64,000 nucleotides of DNA from Blastocladiella emersonii ATCC 22665 (GCA_025594325.1 JANHCV010000002.1:1612001-1676000), one strand, 5' to 3'; counted from the first letter of the stretch, positions 21,658-35,000 are shown. Notes: a model not told the origin generated them from the sequence alone. Numbers and translations: made by a program.

Positions 21658-24600
21658 TCACTCGTCGTCCTCGAGCTCCGACGCGGCGACCGCCGCCGCC
21701 ATGGCCGCACTGGCCGCGGCCCCGCCGCCCTTGCGCGACGCGCAGCACGTACACCGGACGAACGTGCGGCGGAGCGCGCCGAGCGTGAACCCGCACCGCG
21801 ACCGGCGCGTCTGGTACCACATGCGGATCCCGTCGAGCGTGTCGCGCAGCGACCGGTGGCGGACGACGCACCCGCACGCGCGCGCGTCGGTGCCGCCCGC
21901 GCACCCCTCGCGGTGGTCAATGTACGTGTGCGCGGCCCGGAAGATGCCCGGCCACTCGGACCGCGGCATGATCAGCAGCGAGTCGCCGCGCCACACGAGC
22001 GACATGCGGTCAACCGTCGCGCGGTCCGCCTCGCCCATGGCGAGCAGCGCCGCCGCCTCCGGGTCGATCCCGTCGCCACCGCCTTCGCCGCCGTCATCCT
22101 CGACGCTCAGCGGGTCGTCGTCATCGTCCCCGCCCTCGCCGTCCTCGCCGTCGGTCAGGACGCCCGCGTCGATCCCGTCCCACCCGGACGCGGTCGCGGC
22201 GCGCACACGGCGGCCGCGGGGCAGCTTGTGGACGACCTCGTCGTGGTTGCCGCCGAGGAACGGCGTCTGCGGCCCGCCGGCCATCCTGTTCTGCGCGGTC
22301 GGGACCGCGAGCCGCGCGCGTTCCGAGACGGGCGGCGCGATCAGGCCGGGCACCGCGACCGAGTCGCGCGGGATCGCCTGCAGGTTGCCCTGCAGGCGCG
22401 CCCACCGCTTCTTGGTGATGACGGGCCGGCGGTCGCGCTTGAGCGCCGCGGCGATCTCGCCCTCGGTTGGGTACTTGAGGTGCACGCCGCCGCGGTCCAG
22501 TTCGCCCGTCTCCATCAGCAGGTACCGCACCATCAGACGGTACGAGTGCGGGCCGAAGATGAAGTACGACTTGTGCCGCGCCGGCGCGGGGACGTGCCCC
22601 GCGCGCAGATCAGCGTCCGGGATCGACGGGAGCGGGACCGTCGTCGTTCCCGGCTTCGATGCGGCTGCGGCAGCGGCGGCACCGCGGACCTGCGCGTTCA
22701 GCGCGCGCCGGCTCGGGCTCGACCGCGGGCTGCCGCCACTCGCTTTCGCCTTACCCTTCTTGCCCGCCGCCGCCGTGGCGCGCGCCTTGCGCTGCTTCGG
22801 CAGCCGCGCCGTCGTCGCCGGCGGACTCGCGTGCTGCTCCTGCTGCTGCTGGTGCTGGTGCGACGGGATCGCCAGCCCGTGAACGAGCGGCGTCAGGCCC
22901 GACTCGGCGGCGGGCGCGAGCGCGCCGAGCGCGCCGAGCGCCGGCATCTCGTTGAACACTGCGGTTGGCGGCGACGGTGCTATGGCCGAGTGCGCGAGCA
23001 GCATCGGGCTCGCGTGCTGCGACGGCACGGTCCACTGCGGCAGCGACACGTCGGCGGCGCTCGCGCCCGCGTGCGACAGATCGAGCGGGAGCATCGACGA
23101 CGGGGTCGAGGTGGAGGAGGAGGGCATCTGGTAGTACCCGAGCGGCGAGTCTTGCGGCGCGTGGTGGTGCTGGTACGAGAGCGGCTGCTGCTGCGGGTGC
23201 TGGTGCGGGAGGTACTGGTGGTGGTGGTGCTGCGCCGGCGGCGGCGGAGGTGGGGGCGGCGGGTAGAACTGCTGGTGGTGCGAGTGGTGGTGGTACTGCT
23301 CCTGCTGCTGGTACTGCGGGTGGTGGTGGTAGTGCGCCTGCGACGCCGACGACCACGACTTCTCGCGCGGCTGTTGGTGCTGCTGCTGGTACGGGTACTC
23401 GTGTGCCAGCCCGTTCATGGGCGCCATGGCGACCGAGGTGATGGTCGGGAGGAACGAGTCGGTGGCCGCCATGTCGCGGCCCTGGAACTGGTACTGCTGC
23501 TGATGGTGGTGCTGGGGCGGGTACTGCAGCGGCTGGTGCGACGAGCGCACAACGTGCTGCTGCTGGATCGGCTGCTGTTGAGCGTCAACCGCGTGCCACG
23601 TCGGAGCCTGCACGATCGAGCCAGCTTCGACGGGCAGCGCCGCGGACGGGTATTCGGCAGCGACCGACCGTGCCGACATGGGCGGCGTGAGCTGCGGCTG
23701 CGACTGCTGCTGCTGGGTCAGGTACGACGGGTACTGCTGCGGGTGCTGCTGGTCGTAGTTATAACCGACCTCGCGCGGGTTCCAGACGTGCGGCGACGTG
23801 ACGTGCGGCGCCTCGGTGACGGCGGGCGAGGGGAGGACGGAGCCGAGCGTGACGGGTAGGCTCGGGGAGAAGTTGCCGAACATGTCGGTGCCGGCGGAAG
23901 GCGCACCGGCGGTGGCGGGGTACGAGGCGACGAGCGGCGAGACGGAGCTCTGCAGCGGGACGGACTGGTCGAGCGGCGCGTACGGCGGCAGCGTCGTCGC
24001 CGTGCTCGAGAGCGTGAGCGCCGGGAAGTTGCGCTGCGCCGAGTCGCCGCCCGTGACGTGGTACTGCGACTGCGGCTGCTGTTGAGGCGGCAGGATCGGG
24101 GCGACGGGGGCAAAGTGCGGCGAGATGAGGTCGGCGACGAGCGGGGCCGGCGAGCCGCACGAGGCCGGGGCAAGCAGGGCGTCGAGCGAGAGCATGGACG
24201 AGGTCGGCGGGACCGCCGATTCAATGGCACCCGGACCGGCCGGTGGCATGGGCGCCACGGCGGCGGCGGCGCCACTCGCGAACGACGAGACCGGCTGCGG
24301 CTGGCTCCACGGCGTGGCGGAGCTGTAGATCAAGATAGAGAAGGCGCCGGATGAACGGGGGTACAGTGCGTGGAGGTGGCGGAGTGGCGGTGGCGGTGGC
24401 GCAGCGCATAGACGGCAGCGGGTGCGCGACGGTTAGTCAACGGTCCTGGGCAACGCGTGTCGTCGTCCGCGGAGGGAGGAGCGGCACACCGATGTACGGA
24501 TGGCCACAAGGCGATCCGATCAGCAACGCGTCGCCCTCCGCTTCGCTCGCGCACGAGCAGAGTGGTGGCACACGTACAGGCCGAGATCGTTGCACAGATC

Positions 24601-24696
24601 AGTCACGGTGTTGGCGGCCGGCGCCGGCGCGGCCGAGTCCGAAGCTTGGTGGTAGTACATCGCGAGGAAGAAGTCGAAGTCTGGGTCGGGAAACAT
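21658..24696 (-). CDS. Q/H/P-rich low-complexity protein with C-terminal integrase-type H2C2 zinc-finger-like domain; 5' exon structure uncertain
   Basis: Open frame 21658-24333 preceded by an acceptor-like TCTTGATCTACAG. Candidate first exon from ATG 24696. C-terminus IMPRSEWPGIFRAAH...HRSLRDTLDGIRMWY...FVRCTCC. Confidence 0.65.
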
Positions 24697-27218
24697 GGTC
24701 GTTTGTTAGTCGAGTCAAGGGCGGGTAGGCGGTAGGATGAGACGATAGGGACAGGGACGGGGCAGGCTTATGAGGGACCGCCGCAGGCCAGGAAGATGGC
24801 CGAGGGCAAGGGTACGAGCAGGAAGGTCGGCGACGATGGCGCGGTGAGGCTTGCGCAGGGTGAGGGCAGCGGCCGAGCGTGTGCGGGAGGCACCGAGCGC
24901 GAGCAATGACACACGCGGCGACGTTTCTGGGTCGCGTCCGAGCCACGAGTCGCATCAGAGGGGATACGCGAGGTATTACCCGACTGACTCGAAGTCGAAG
25001 CGACCTTCGAAGATCCGGAAACGAGGCCCCTGCAGCCAGGTGCTGCACCCTGGCACGCACGGCGGAGGGTCCGCGGGTCCAGCGATCCGATACATCGTCG
25101 CGATGCGTCGCGATGCGTTGCGGTCGGCACAGTCGCAGGGACCGCATCACCGCTCTCGCCCGTTGGCAACGGATGTGGAGGGGGAGGTGTGAAGGAGATC
25201 GCGGCGAGTCGGGCGACGAGGGAGACCGGTCAGAGCGACGGCGTCGAAGCGTACCGTTGCAAGCTGGACGGCGATGTGCGGTGCTGGATGGGGGCGGTGC
25301 GGATCGTGGTGGGGCACGGCCGAGGCGGGCACACGAGAGGAGCAGTGCGCGGTGCGTGATGCGGGTGCAGTCGGCGAGGGCGACGAACAAGGGGGAGCCT
25401 GATTGTCAGGAACTGGGGCTCCGACGGGGGCAGCGGTGAGCGTCGAAGGGAGGGCGAGGGGGTGGCGACTTCGAGATCGTCGCGGCGAGAGCGAGAGGGG
25501 CCGGGAGAAGAGGGCGGCTGGGGGGCGGGCTAAGCTTTAAGGCCGGGTCGCAGCGGGCCGAGCGAGGGCGCAGCGCGAAGCGTGGGGAAGCGAAGCGGAT
25601 GCGAGGGGAGGAGCGGCGGTAAAACGCAGCCTGAAGTCCGTGGTGATGCTACACCCGCCGCGTGTTGCCCGGCATCCCCGACCCTTGCCCTCTGCCGCGC
25701 CGCGTCTCGCGTGCGAGCGCTCTCGAACAGCAAACAACGCCGATGTTATCTTTGAGGTGTGGCGAGCCGCAGCGGGGAAGCACAAGGTGCCGCCTGGCCG
25801 GTTCTGCCGCGCCGCTTCGGCATCTGTGGCTGAGCGCCTCACCTCGGGCGCTCGCGCTGCAGCTGACGCTTGACCGTCGTGACGCGGCCGACGGCGACGG
25901 CGAGGCACCACGACGAGGATCACGGGCAGGACAGCGCTGCGAACCTTGCCGATGCAGCGGCTGCGGCCGGCCGCTGCGGAGAAAGTGGGGCCCTAATTAA
26001 AAAACCAAGAGTCCCGTGTGGGCCACACGGTCCCTCCCCTTCCCAACCTTGCGGCCAGCCTGATGAAATCGATGCTGGCGACTTCGGCACCCTCTCGTCG
26101 GCGGCGACCACGATCCGCCTTGTTCCTCACTATCACCATCACAGAAAAGTCGCTCGCGTGCCGATTTTTACGTCACAGTCGCGGCGATCGCGGTCGCGGC
26201 CGGCAGAGGGTCCGGGGACGCGGCGACGTGGCGTGCTCAAAGCTGAAACGCGGCGCGTCGCGGGCGCAGGGGTCAGCCACTCACGTGCGTGCGGTTGACC
26301 GCAATGGCTAGCAGGGCGTCGCACCGCAATGGCCGTGCGAGTTTCAGCCCGCCGTTTGCCCTGCCTGCCGCGCCGGCGGCCAACGCGCCGCGTCGCCATG
26401 TCTGCTCGCGTCAGTCAGCGCTCGCATGCGAGCTTGCGAGTTGTCCCACTCATTCCCGCCTCATCAACCGCGAGCGGGTCGTGCCAGTCGGCTCATCTCG
26501 TCAAGCGCACCAAAACGTTTTCCGCGGCGACCGCGGCGGCGGCGCCAGCGCTGGGAACCCTCGCGTCTTGCCCGCTTCGGTGGCCTTCCACCTTCCACTC
26601 GAGCGCGGTCCAGCGTCCAGTGGATGACGGGGTGCACTCCGCCGTGTACTTTCGCAGAGGGGGACATCGCGCCCGGAGACGCGGGGACCGTGGCCATGGC
26701 CACGGGCGCGTCGGTGGCCGTGATGGGGCTGTGATCCGGCGGGCTCACTGATCATCTTCGCTGATGGAGCATCGCGGGCTTGTGCGCCTCATCTGACCCT
26801 GCTTTGGGCACGCGACGCTCATCACCAGCGTGGTCTTTTGTGCGCGAGGAGCAGCTGACCATCGCGGCCTGAGCCGCAGCCAGCCCGCTTCGTTTCGAAC
26901 GAAGGCCATCGGGCCTGCTGCGGCTTCCTGAACCTTTCTCATGCTGCTGCGGCACGAAGTTGCTCGTGGCGTGTTCGCACGTTGGTCGTGAGTGAGAGTG
27001 TCTCGCGACGCGCTGCGATCGTCAGCGGCCACGGCCGCGGTGGCGATAGTCATGGCCACGAGCTTCTCCCGAAACCATGCCACACAAATGGAGACCAGTT
27101 TCATGCACAACCTCAACTACTTGTAACTATGTTTGAGCCCATGATGGAAAGAAAGGCACTATGATTCAGTCTTCAACACCCTGCGCGTCAAACTCAAACC
27201 CACCCGCGACCACCACAA

Positions 27219-28494
27219 TCAGAGCTCCGAGCGGCGAGCCTTGATGCCATCAGTCTCGGCGGCCTTGTTACGGCACAGGTAAGCGCGCGGGAGACTCGAA
27301 TCAATGGGCGTCGCGCTGCCGGAAGCCGAACCGCCGTCGACCGAAAACATCATGAGCACGTTGCTCTGCTCCGTGTCCCAGCCGCGGAGCCAGACCTGCG
27401 CCTTCTGGCCGAGCGCCTCGAACACGATACGCGACGCCTCCTTGAACACGGCGTCCTCAGAGCCGTACAGCACGGCGGGCACCTTGCCAACGAGCGCGCA
27501 CTTGGTCCCGTACTCGAGGAACGGCCCAGCCGGACCGACGACCGAGAGACCGTCGAGGTTGCCGATCTTGAGCTCGGTCGCCTCGACCTTGTAGTTGGGC
27601 AGCGCGCCCGGCACCGTCTCGCACAGCGCATAGTGCGGGTTGCCGTCGGCCTGGTTCATGGACGCGCCCTTCTGCGACACGTACAGCGCGAGGTTGACGC
27701 CGCCGTAAGTGTTGCCGTCCCACGACGCGATGAAGAACTGCTCGACAGTCTTGGCACCTGGCAGCGCGAGCGCACCGCTTTCGCGTACGGCTACGGCGTT
27801 GCGTTCACGGTTAGCTTCGTGGGCCAATCGAGCAAATCGAGCGAGCGTACCGATCGCGGCGCTCTTCATGGTGCCCGCGTACACGTCGGCGAGGCGGAAA
27901 CCTTGGCCGCGACACGCACGCGCCGCCGCGTCAACGTCGGCGACCTTGGCCAGCAGGAGCGGAACAAACGCGGGCTTGTCGGACGGGCGCACAAAGGGGC
28001 CCGGCGAGACCTTGAACGCGCCGATGCCGCTATAAAACGGCGACGCCTGCACAACGAACTTGATGAGGTGCTGGCCGGGTGGAAGCGCAAACGCCGACCA
28101 GGAAAACCGACCCAGACGAAGTGCCTCGTCCGGGCTCGTGCCGTAGTCCATGCAGTTGATTTCCGTCGCCTCAAAGTGCTCCACGGCCGAGGAAAATGCT
28201 ATAAAACCGATTTGTAAGCAACTCGTGTAACGTGGCCGGCACGAGACGACTCCAACACGTACTGTACTGCGTGCTGTTGACCACCGGAATGTAAGTATCG
28301 CCAATGCACTGGAAGTCGGTCACGATGAAGTGTCCGGGCTGCGGCAGCGTTACCGTGAACTGCGGCGTGACGAAGCCCTGTTGGACGAATGGAAAGTAGT
28401 TCCAGGGGCCGATTTCCACTGCGCTCGTCTCAGCGGCCGTGGTCGTGGCCGCGATCAGCGCAAGGACGAGGAGGTTGAGGATCTTGATTACCAT
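27219..28494 (-). CDS. Secreted protein, tandem paralog 1 (beta-rich N-domain plus two C-type-lectin-like repeats), several introns
   Basis: Signal peptide MVIKILNLLVLALIAA. Motifs VTDFQCIGD, SPDEALRLGRFSWS, ACRGQGFRLA, FFIASWDGNTYGG. Ends KARRSEL like paralog 2. Confidence 0.75.
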
Positions 28495-28926
28495 GGCGCT
28501 AGCGGTGGTCTTGATGAAGGAGAACGGGTTGAACGAACACGAGGGGAGAATTTGAAGCGCCACGGCGCGCGTGCTGATCGAGCCCTGAAACGCGACGCGT
28601 TGGCTTCGCGCCGACCTCCCTCGGCCGCCGCAAAGTCGCCCGCTCCACCGCGCCTCACCGCACCAACCGCATCCACCGCATTCACCGCACCGCATCACAC
28701 CGCAAAAATACGGATTGCGTGGGAACGTATCACACTCGCGTGAGCGTTTGAGGCACAACTGCACGCGTGACGCGAGGGAAACGGCTCGTCACGGCCATGT
28801 CCGCGGCCACGGAAGCTCGCGACGAAAAGGGAGACGTGTAGTTATGAACTCGCTAGTGAGACAGTATTAGAGAGCAGAGCAATGTATACTGGTATCATGC
28901 ACATCGCTCTCGAGCAGCAAGCGAAC

Positions 28927-30282
28927 CTAGAGCTCAGAGCGGCGCGCCTTGACGACCACGCCCGTGCCGTCAGCCGGCGCCGGCGCGCCGCCGCCGTTGG
29001 CCGCCGTCTCCGTGGTATCGTAGTGACCGACGGGCTTGGTCTCCTTGCCGTTGTGGCACAGGTACGCGCGCGGGCGGTTCGAGCCGGCGATCGTGACCGC
29101 GCCGGGGCCCGAGACGGCGCCGACGGTGAGCGTCATGGACATGTTCTCCTGGTCCGTGTCCCAGCCGCGGAGCCAGACCTGGGCCATCGGGCCGAGCGCC
29201 TCGAACACGATGCGCGACGCCTCCTCGTACTTGGCGTTCTGGCCGCCGTACAGGATCGCGGGCACCTTGCCGACGAGCGCGCACTTGGCCGCGTAGTCCG
29301 AGTTGGGCCCGGCGGGGACCACGACGGCGAGCCCGTCGAGCGTGCCGACCTTGAGCTCGGTCGCCTGCACGGTGAAGTCGGGGATCGCCCCCGCCGTCGT
29401 CTCGCACAGCGGGAAGTGCGGGTTGGCGTCGGCGAGGTTGATGGTCGCGCCCGTCTGCGACACGTACAGCGCGAGGTTGTCACCGCCGTAGTTGTTGCCC
29501 TCCCACGACGCGACGAAGACCTGGTCCGCGCCGCCCGTCTCGGGCATCGTGAGCACGCCGCTCCCGCGCGCCGCTACGCGTGCGTGATTGAATACGGTTA
29601 GTGCGAGGCTTTCGAGCGAACGATATACGATGACACGTACAATCCTGGGCGTCCTTGAAGTTAGTCCCCGTGATCTCAGCGAGCCGCGCGCCCTTGGCGC
29701 CGCACGTGGCCTGGGCCTCGTCGACGTTGGCAACCTTGGCGTCGGCGAGCACGATGAACTGCTGTTTGGGCTTCTCGCTCACGAACGCGCCGGGCGCGAC
29801 CTTGAACTCGGCCTCGCCGCCCCAGTACGGCGACTTGGTGGTGAAGAACTTGATTGAGTGCGTGCCGGCGGCCAGCGGGTACGCCGACCACGAGTAGCGG
29901 CCCGAGTGGCGCGCCTCGTCCGGGTCCGTGATCGGGCGGTCACACGATTTGCCGCTCGCCTCGTAGTGCGCGGTGGCCGAGTCAAAGGCTAGTTGGCGAG
30001 AAGTGGTCAGCAGCTGAGTCGGCGCGGGTCTGAGCAAGGAGGAAAGTGCTGCGTACCGTACTTGACGCCGTCCACGATGGGAACGAGCGTATCACCGACA
30101 CAGTGCGTGTCGGTGACGACGAGGTGCCCGTCCTGTGGCAGGGTGACGGAAAAGTCGCCAAACTCCTTGCCCTCGTCGTAGTACTGGAACGGGGTCCAGG
30201 TGCCGGGCGTCACGTCGACCGACGCGGTGGCCGCGGACGCGAGCAGGGCCAGAACGAGCAGGTTGAGGATCGAGAGCTTCAT
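28927..30282 (-). CDS. Secreted protein, tandem paralog 2, several introns
   Basis: Signal peptide MKLSILNLLVLALLASAA. Motifs VTDTHCVGD, TDPDEARHSGRYSWS, TCGAKGARLAEI, VFVASWEGNNYGG. Ends KARRSEL. Confidence 0.78.
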
Positions 30283-30498
30283 GGTGTGTGGTGCCGACCG
30301 CAGAGAGAGCGTGATCGTGCGGTGGAGGCCCGATCAAGCTCGGCGCGAAGGGCGCGAGCGCGCGCGCGCTCAGCGAAACTCAGCTGCGAAACGCGACGCG
30401 TCACGCCACGTGCGCGTCTCGCACCCTTCGTGAGACCTCCTTCGTGACTTGACACACGCACGCGCTCGCGTATATTAAAAACGTCTCCCACGACTCGC

Positions 30499-31731
30499 TC
30501 ACACGCCGCCCGACGAAAACATATCGGCGTACTTGGCAAAGAACCACTCGGGCGACTTGGGCTCGCGCTCGCCGGGGAGCAGGGCCTCGACGTCGTCGCG
30601 CGGCGCGATGGCGCGGCACCCCGAGTTGGCACGGCGGGCGCACTCGAACACGTCGAGCAGGACCGTGGCGAGCTCGGGCGTCACGTTCTCGAGCGACATG
30701 AAGATATCCCTTGCCTCGGCGCGCGAAATGGACACAAACTCGATGTCGCGGCTGAGCCCGCGCGTCGCGGCGGCCGCAATGTCGGCGCCCGAGACGAGCG
30801 TGTCGGTGGTGAGCGTCATGACCGGCTTGAACCGGGGGTCCGGCGACGCGGCGGCCGCGGCCTGGAACAGCGTGTGCGAGGCCCACGTGGCGTCGTGCAG
30901 CGAGATGGGCGGCATGCGGCCGTCGTTGCCGAGTGGGAGGCGCAGCTGCGACGTGTCCTCGATGTCGGCGGCAATGTTGAGGAACCGCTCGAGCGCAAAC
31001 GCGAGCCGCAGCACCGTGTACCGGCCGATCCCAGCACTCGCGGCGGCAGCGGCCATGGGCGCCTTGATCATGGCGGCGTGCACGGCGCGCTCGAGCGCGC
31101 GGTACCACTGGAACGCCGTGAGGTCCTCGGTGCCGTGCCCGTCGACGCCCTGGCGCGACCACACCACCGTGTGCACGATGCGCGGGTCGCCGCGGATCGC
31201 CGACATGGCTGCGCGCGCCTGGGCGCCCGCCGTGTCGCTCATGTCGGGCACGTACACCACGAACTTGGCGTCGTCGACCTCCTTGAGCACGCGCTTCCAC
31301 GCGTCGGGCGACACCGTGTCGCGCACCTCGTGCACGGTGCACCCGAGGTCGCGCACCAGCTGCGCGTAGTTGGAGTCGGCGTCGGCCACGGTGCAGTGCA
31401 CGCGGTACGGCGGGACCTGCGCGGCCTCGTGCGGCGCCAGGTACGCGTGCTGCTGGACGCGCGGCTCGGCGAAGGCGTGCGTCGACAGCGGGCGGTCCGG
31501 GGCCGGGTACGGCGACGACGAGAAGTGCGACAGAAAGTCCTTGGCCGCAATGTAGCCGTTCAGCTTGTCGGCGTGCGTGATGATGACGGCGGGCGCACCG
31601 GGCGTCGGGCCGGCGGCGGCTACCGGCGGGAGCGAGGCGAGCATGGCGGTGGTGGCGAGCAGGGTCGCGATGAGGGCGGCGAGGAGCGCGGACCGCCGCG
31701 GCGTGTTGCGGCAGGTCGTGGGCAGCTTCAT
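30499..31731 (-). CDS. NmrA-like/atypical NAD(P)-binding Rossmann-fold protein with N-terminal signal or anchor (about 410 aa)
   Basis: Intronless ORF. Hydrophobic LLAALIATLLATTAMLA. AVIITHADKLNG start, PPISLHDA and VSISRAE resemble NmrA-type proteins (fold inferred). Confidence 0.55.
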   Translation of the reverse strand: MKLPTTCRNTPRRSALLAALIATLLATTAMLASLPPVAAAGPTPGAPAVIITHADKLNGYIAAKDFLSHFSSSPYPAPDRPLSTHAFAEPRVQQHAYLAPHEAAQVPPYRVHCTVADADSNYAQLVRDLGCTVHEVRDTVSPDAWKRVLKEVDDAKFVVYVPDMSDTAGAQARAAMSAIRGDPRIVHTVVWSRQGVDGHGTEDLTAFQWYRALERAVHAAMIKAPMAAAAASAGIGRYTVLRLAFALERFLNIAADIEDTSQLRLPLGNDGRMPPISLHDATWASHTLFQAAAAASPDPRFKPVMTLTTDTLVSGADIAAAATRGLSRDIEFVSISRAEARDIFMSLENVTPELATVLLDVFECARRANSGCRAIAPRDDVEALLPGEREPKSPEWFFAKYADMFSSGGV

Positions 31732-32008
31732 GGTTTCGGGGTTGGATTGCAGCGAGACGGCGCGCAGAGCGGACACTGCCCGAGAAGCTTGGAGCGGTCA
31801 ACGCGAGGCGGCTGAAATGCCACGGCCCGGTGATCGGCTGCAGGCGGCACGTGAGCGCGTCTGTCTCGCGCGTGGACGCGTCGCGCCGCACGGGGTCCCC
31901 TGATCCGCGTCACACGCTCGTGCCTGTCCCGTCCCCGTCGATCGCGCGTGTCGCTTTCTCTCTCTGCAACCGCTCAACCAACCACGTAGCACTCCATCCC
32001 CGTCCGCA

Positions 32009-35000
32009 ATGGCCGACCCACCGGCTGCAGCGCCACCAACAACCACCGACGGCGCGGCCGACGCGGGCCCGGCGCCCGGCACCGCCGCCGGCGCCACCAA
32101 GTCCAAGATCAGCGACGTGCGCGTGCAGTGGATCCGCGAGAAGGTGGCGACCGGCCTGCTCCTCGAGGACGCCGTCGCGCACGCGCTCTTCGAGGAGTGC
32201 ATGGCGGTCCCCGACAACGCACAGAAGCTCGACCACTACCTCAACGACGCCGTCGAGGAAGGCGTCGCGCTCTTCTACCTCGACGAGGAGATCCTCCCGC
32301 TGCCCGCCGGCACTCCCGCCGCGCTCGAGTCCGACTCTGCCGCGCTCCATGCAGCCGGCTCGTCCGTCTCCGAGGCCAACTCGACGACAATCGGGTCACA
32401 GCATGCACTCGTCGATCCTGCACCGCCACAAGATGTGCCTGCGGCTGTCGACGGCACCGCACCACCACCAGCCGACGGGTCGGCGCCGACTGGCGACGAT
32501 GCGGCCGAGAGCGCACCGCCCGCCGAGTCGACCGACGAGAACGAGGCCGACCACGACGTCGCCATGAGCCACGCCAGCCTGGCCGAGGTCCCGCTCATCG
32601 GTATCGGCGCGCCGGCACCCGCTGCGCCCGTCCCGTCGCGGCCGCCCGTCAAGCAGATCATCCGCCTCTGCATCCAGCACCTGCCCGAGAAGATTGCCGA
32701 GGTCAACTCCATCTTCTTTATCCGCAACACCAAGGGCGCCATCAAGGAGCCGCGGTCGCTCGAGGGTACGCGTTGCGCTCTCACTCGTGTCCGCCCGCAC
32801 TCACCGCCGTCATTTCTCCGCTGTAGACGCGCGAGGCACCATGCCGCTCGCTCTCGAGATCGGCTACTTTTCGGGCCACACGCTCGTCATGCTCGAGCAG
32901 GTCATCCACGAGGTCTACCTGCCGCTGCTCTCGAACCCGACCATCTTCGAGGCCGAGACCACGCCGGCCGCCGTCGCTGCCGTACCTACCCCAGTAGACG
33001 ATGCGGGCGCGGCCGCCGCCGCGGGCAAGGCGCTGACGCGGCGCGACTCGGGCATCAACGACAACCTGTACACCGAGTTCTACATCAGCATCCAGCGGTT
33101 CGCGACCCAGGTGACGCAGACGGTGCAGCAGGTGACGGGCGACGTGAAGCTGCGGATCCCCGACGACCCGGAGCTCACGCAGATGCTGCGGTCCGACCCG
33201 GCCGCCGTGGCCGCGGACCCGGCCAAGCTGCGCATCCTCGACACGTGCGCCGAGGAGTGGGTCGAGGCGATCCAGGCCACGCTCGCGCGCGAGGCCAAAA
33301 AGACGCCGCACGGCAACGGGCCCGTCGCCGAGGTCGAGTTCTGGCGCGAGCGCCACTTCTCGCTGTCGGCGCTGTACGAGAAGCTCAACTCGCCGCAGGT
33401 GGCCGCGATCCTGACGGCCATCTCCGAGGCCCAGACCCCCGTCTACCACACGATCGAGTTCCACCTCGGCGAGCTGCACAAGTTCCACTCCGAGGCCAAG
33501 GACAACGTCAAGTTCCTCAGCACGCTCGAGCGCCACTTCAAGAACATTGTCACGGGCTCGCTCGGCGCGGTCCAGGACGGCCTGCCGAGCCTCATGAACG
33601 CGGTCCGCATGGTCTGGATCATCTCGCGCCACTACAACAAGGACGAGCGCATGGTCCCGCTCATGGCCCGCATCGCCTGGGAGCTCGCCAACAAGGTCGC
33701 CACCATTGTCAACGTCAAGTCGGTCCTGCGCCTCCCGCCCGCCGAGGCCAAGACCCGCATCTCGGACGGCAAGAACCTCCTCGAGGCGTGGTCGCGAAAC
33801 TACTTTGAGACCCGCGAGAAGATCGAGCAGAGCGGCCGCGACCAGCGCTGGGAGTTTGACCGCAAGAAGCTCTTCGAGCAGACCAACTACATGGCCGCCC
33901 GCTGCGGCGACCTGTTCGAGATCGCCGAGGTCCTCGAGCAGTTCTACGGCATCTTCGGGCCCGAGCTCAAGGGTACGGTTTGATCGGATGCGTCGGCCGC
34001 GCATCGGACACTCACACTCGCTCTCGATGCCCCTCGTAGCCGTCACGGGCGACACGCAGCAGATCGACGAGGTCATCAAGCGCGTGGACCAGCTCGTGGT
34101 GCCCATCGAGCAGCTGCCGTTCGACATCTGGAACAAAAAGTACCACCCGGCGTGGGAGGCGGTGCTCAACAAGTTCCGCGAGCAGATTGTGCAGATCGAG
34201 GACATGGCCAAGCTGTTCATCGACACGTCGTTCAAGAAGCTGCGGTCGGCCGAGGGCGCCTTCGACCTGCTCCAGAACATGAAGAACGTCAAGAGCCGCG
34301 ACTCGATCAACCGCCAGATGATGTCCAAGTTCAACGACATCCTCGCCCAGTACTCCAAGGAGGTCGACACCATCGACGACATGTTCCGCCGCAACCGCGA
34401 CGCGCCGCCGCTCGGTCGCAACCAGCCGCGCGTCGCCGGGTCGATCCAGTGGGCCCGCTCGCTCTTCTTCCGCATCAAGAAGACCATTGTCCGGTTCCAG
34501 TCGCTCCAGGAGCTCCTCGCCACCGAGCAGGGCCGCGTCGTCACCCGCAAGTACCTGACCACGGCCAAGGCCATGCGCCAATACGAGGAGGATGTACGTG
34601 CGCGCCGACGCTACTCGATCAACGGCGACGCGGGACACTCACACTTGGATCGCTCGTTGCCCGTGTGTAGCTGTACCACTCGTGGTGCAACCACGTCGAG
34701 GTCGCGTCGCTGGGGTACCTCAAGTCGTTTGTGCTGGCCAAGCGCATGACGCCCGGCGAGAGCCGCGAAAAGTACATTGTGAACTTCAAGCCCGAGCTGG
34801 CCGACGTGATCAAGGAGTCCAAGTACCTCGAGAAGATCGGGTTCGCGATCCCCGAGACGGCCATCAACATTGCGCTGCAGGAAGAAAAGTTCTCCAACTA
34901 CACCGAGTCGCTCGGCAGCATGCTGCACAACTACCACGACCTGCTCGAGCGGCTCGACGAGGCCGAGCTGACGCTGTTCGAGGGCCACGTCGCCGAGCTG

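Noticed and set aside
24700-27180. Short Arg/Pro-rich ORFs in a 2.5-kb gap
   Set aside because: No codon bias, motifs or consistent splice structure. Treated as intergenic, although a small gene cannot be excluded.
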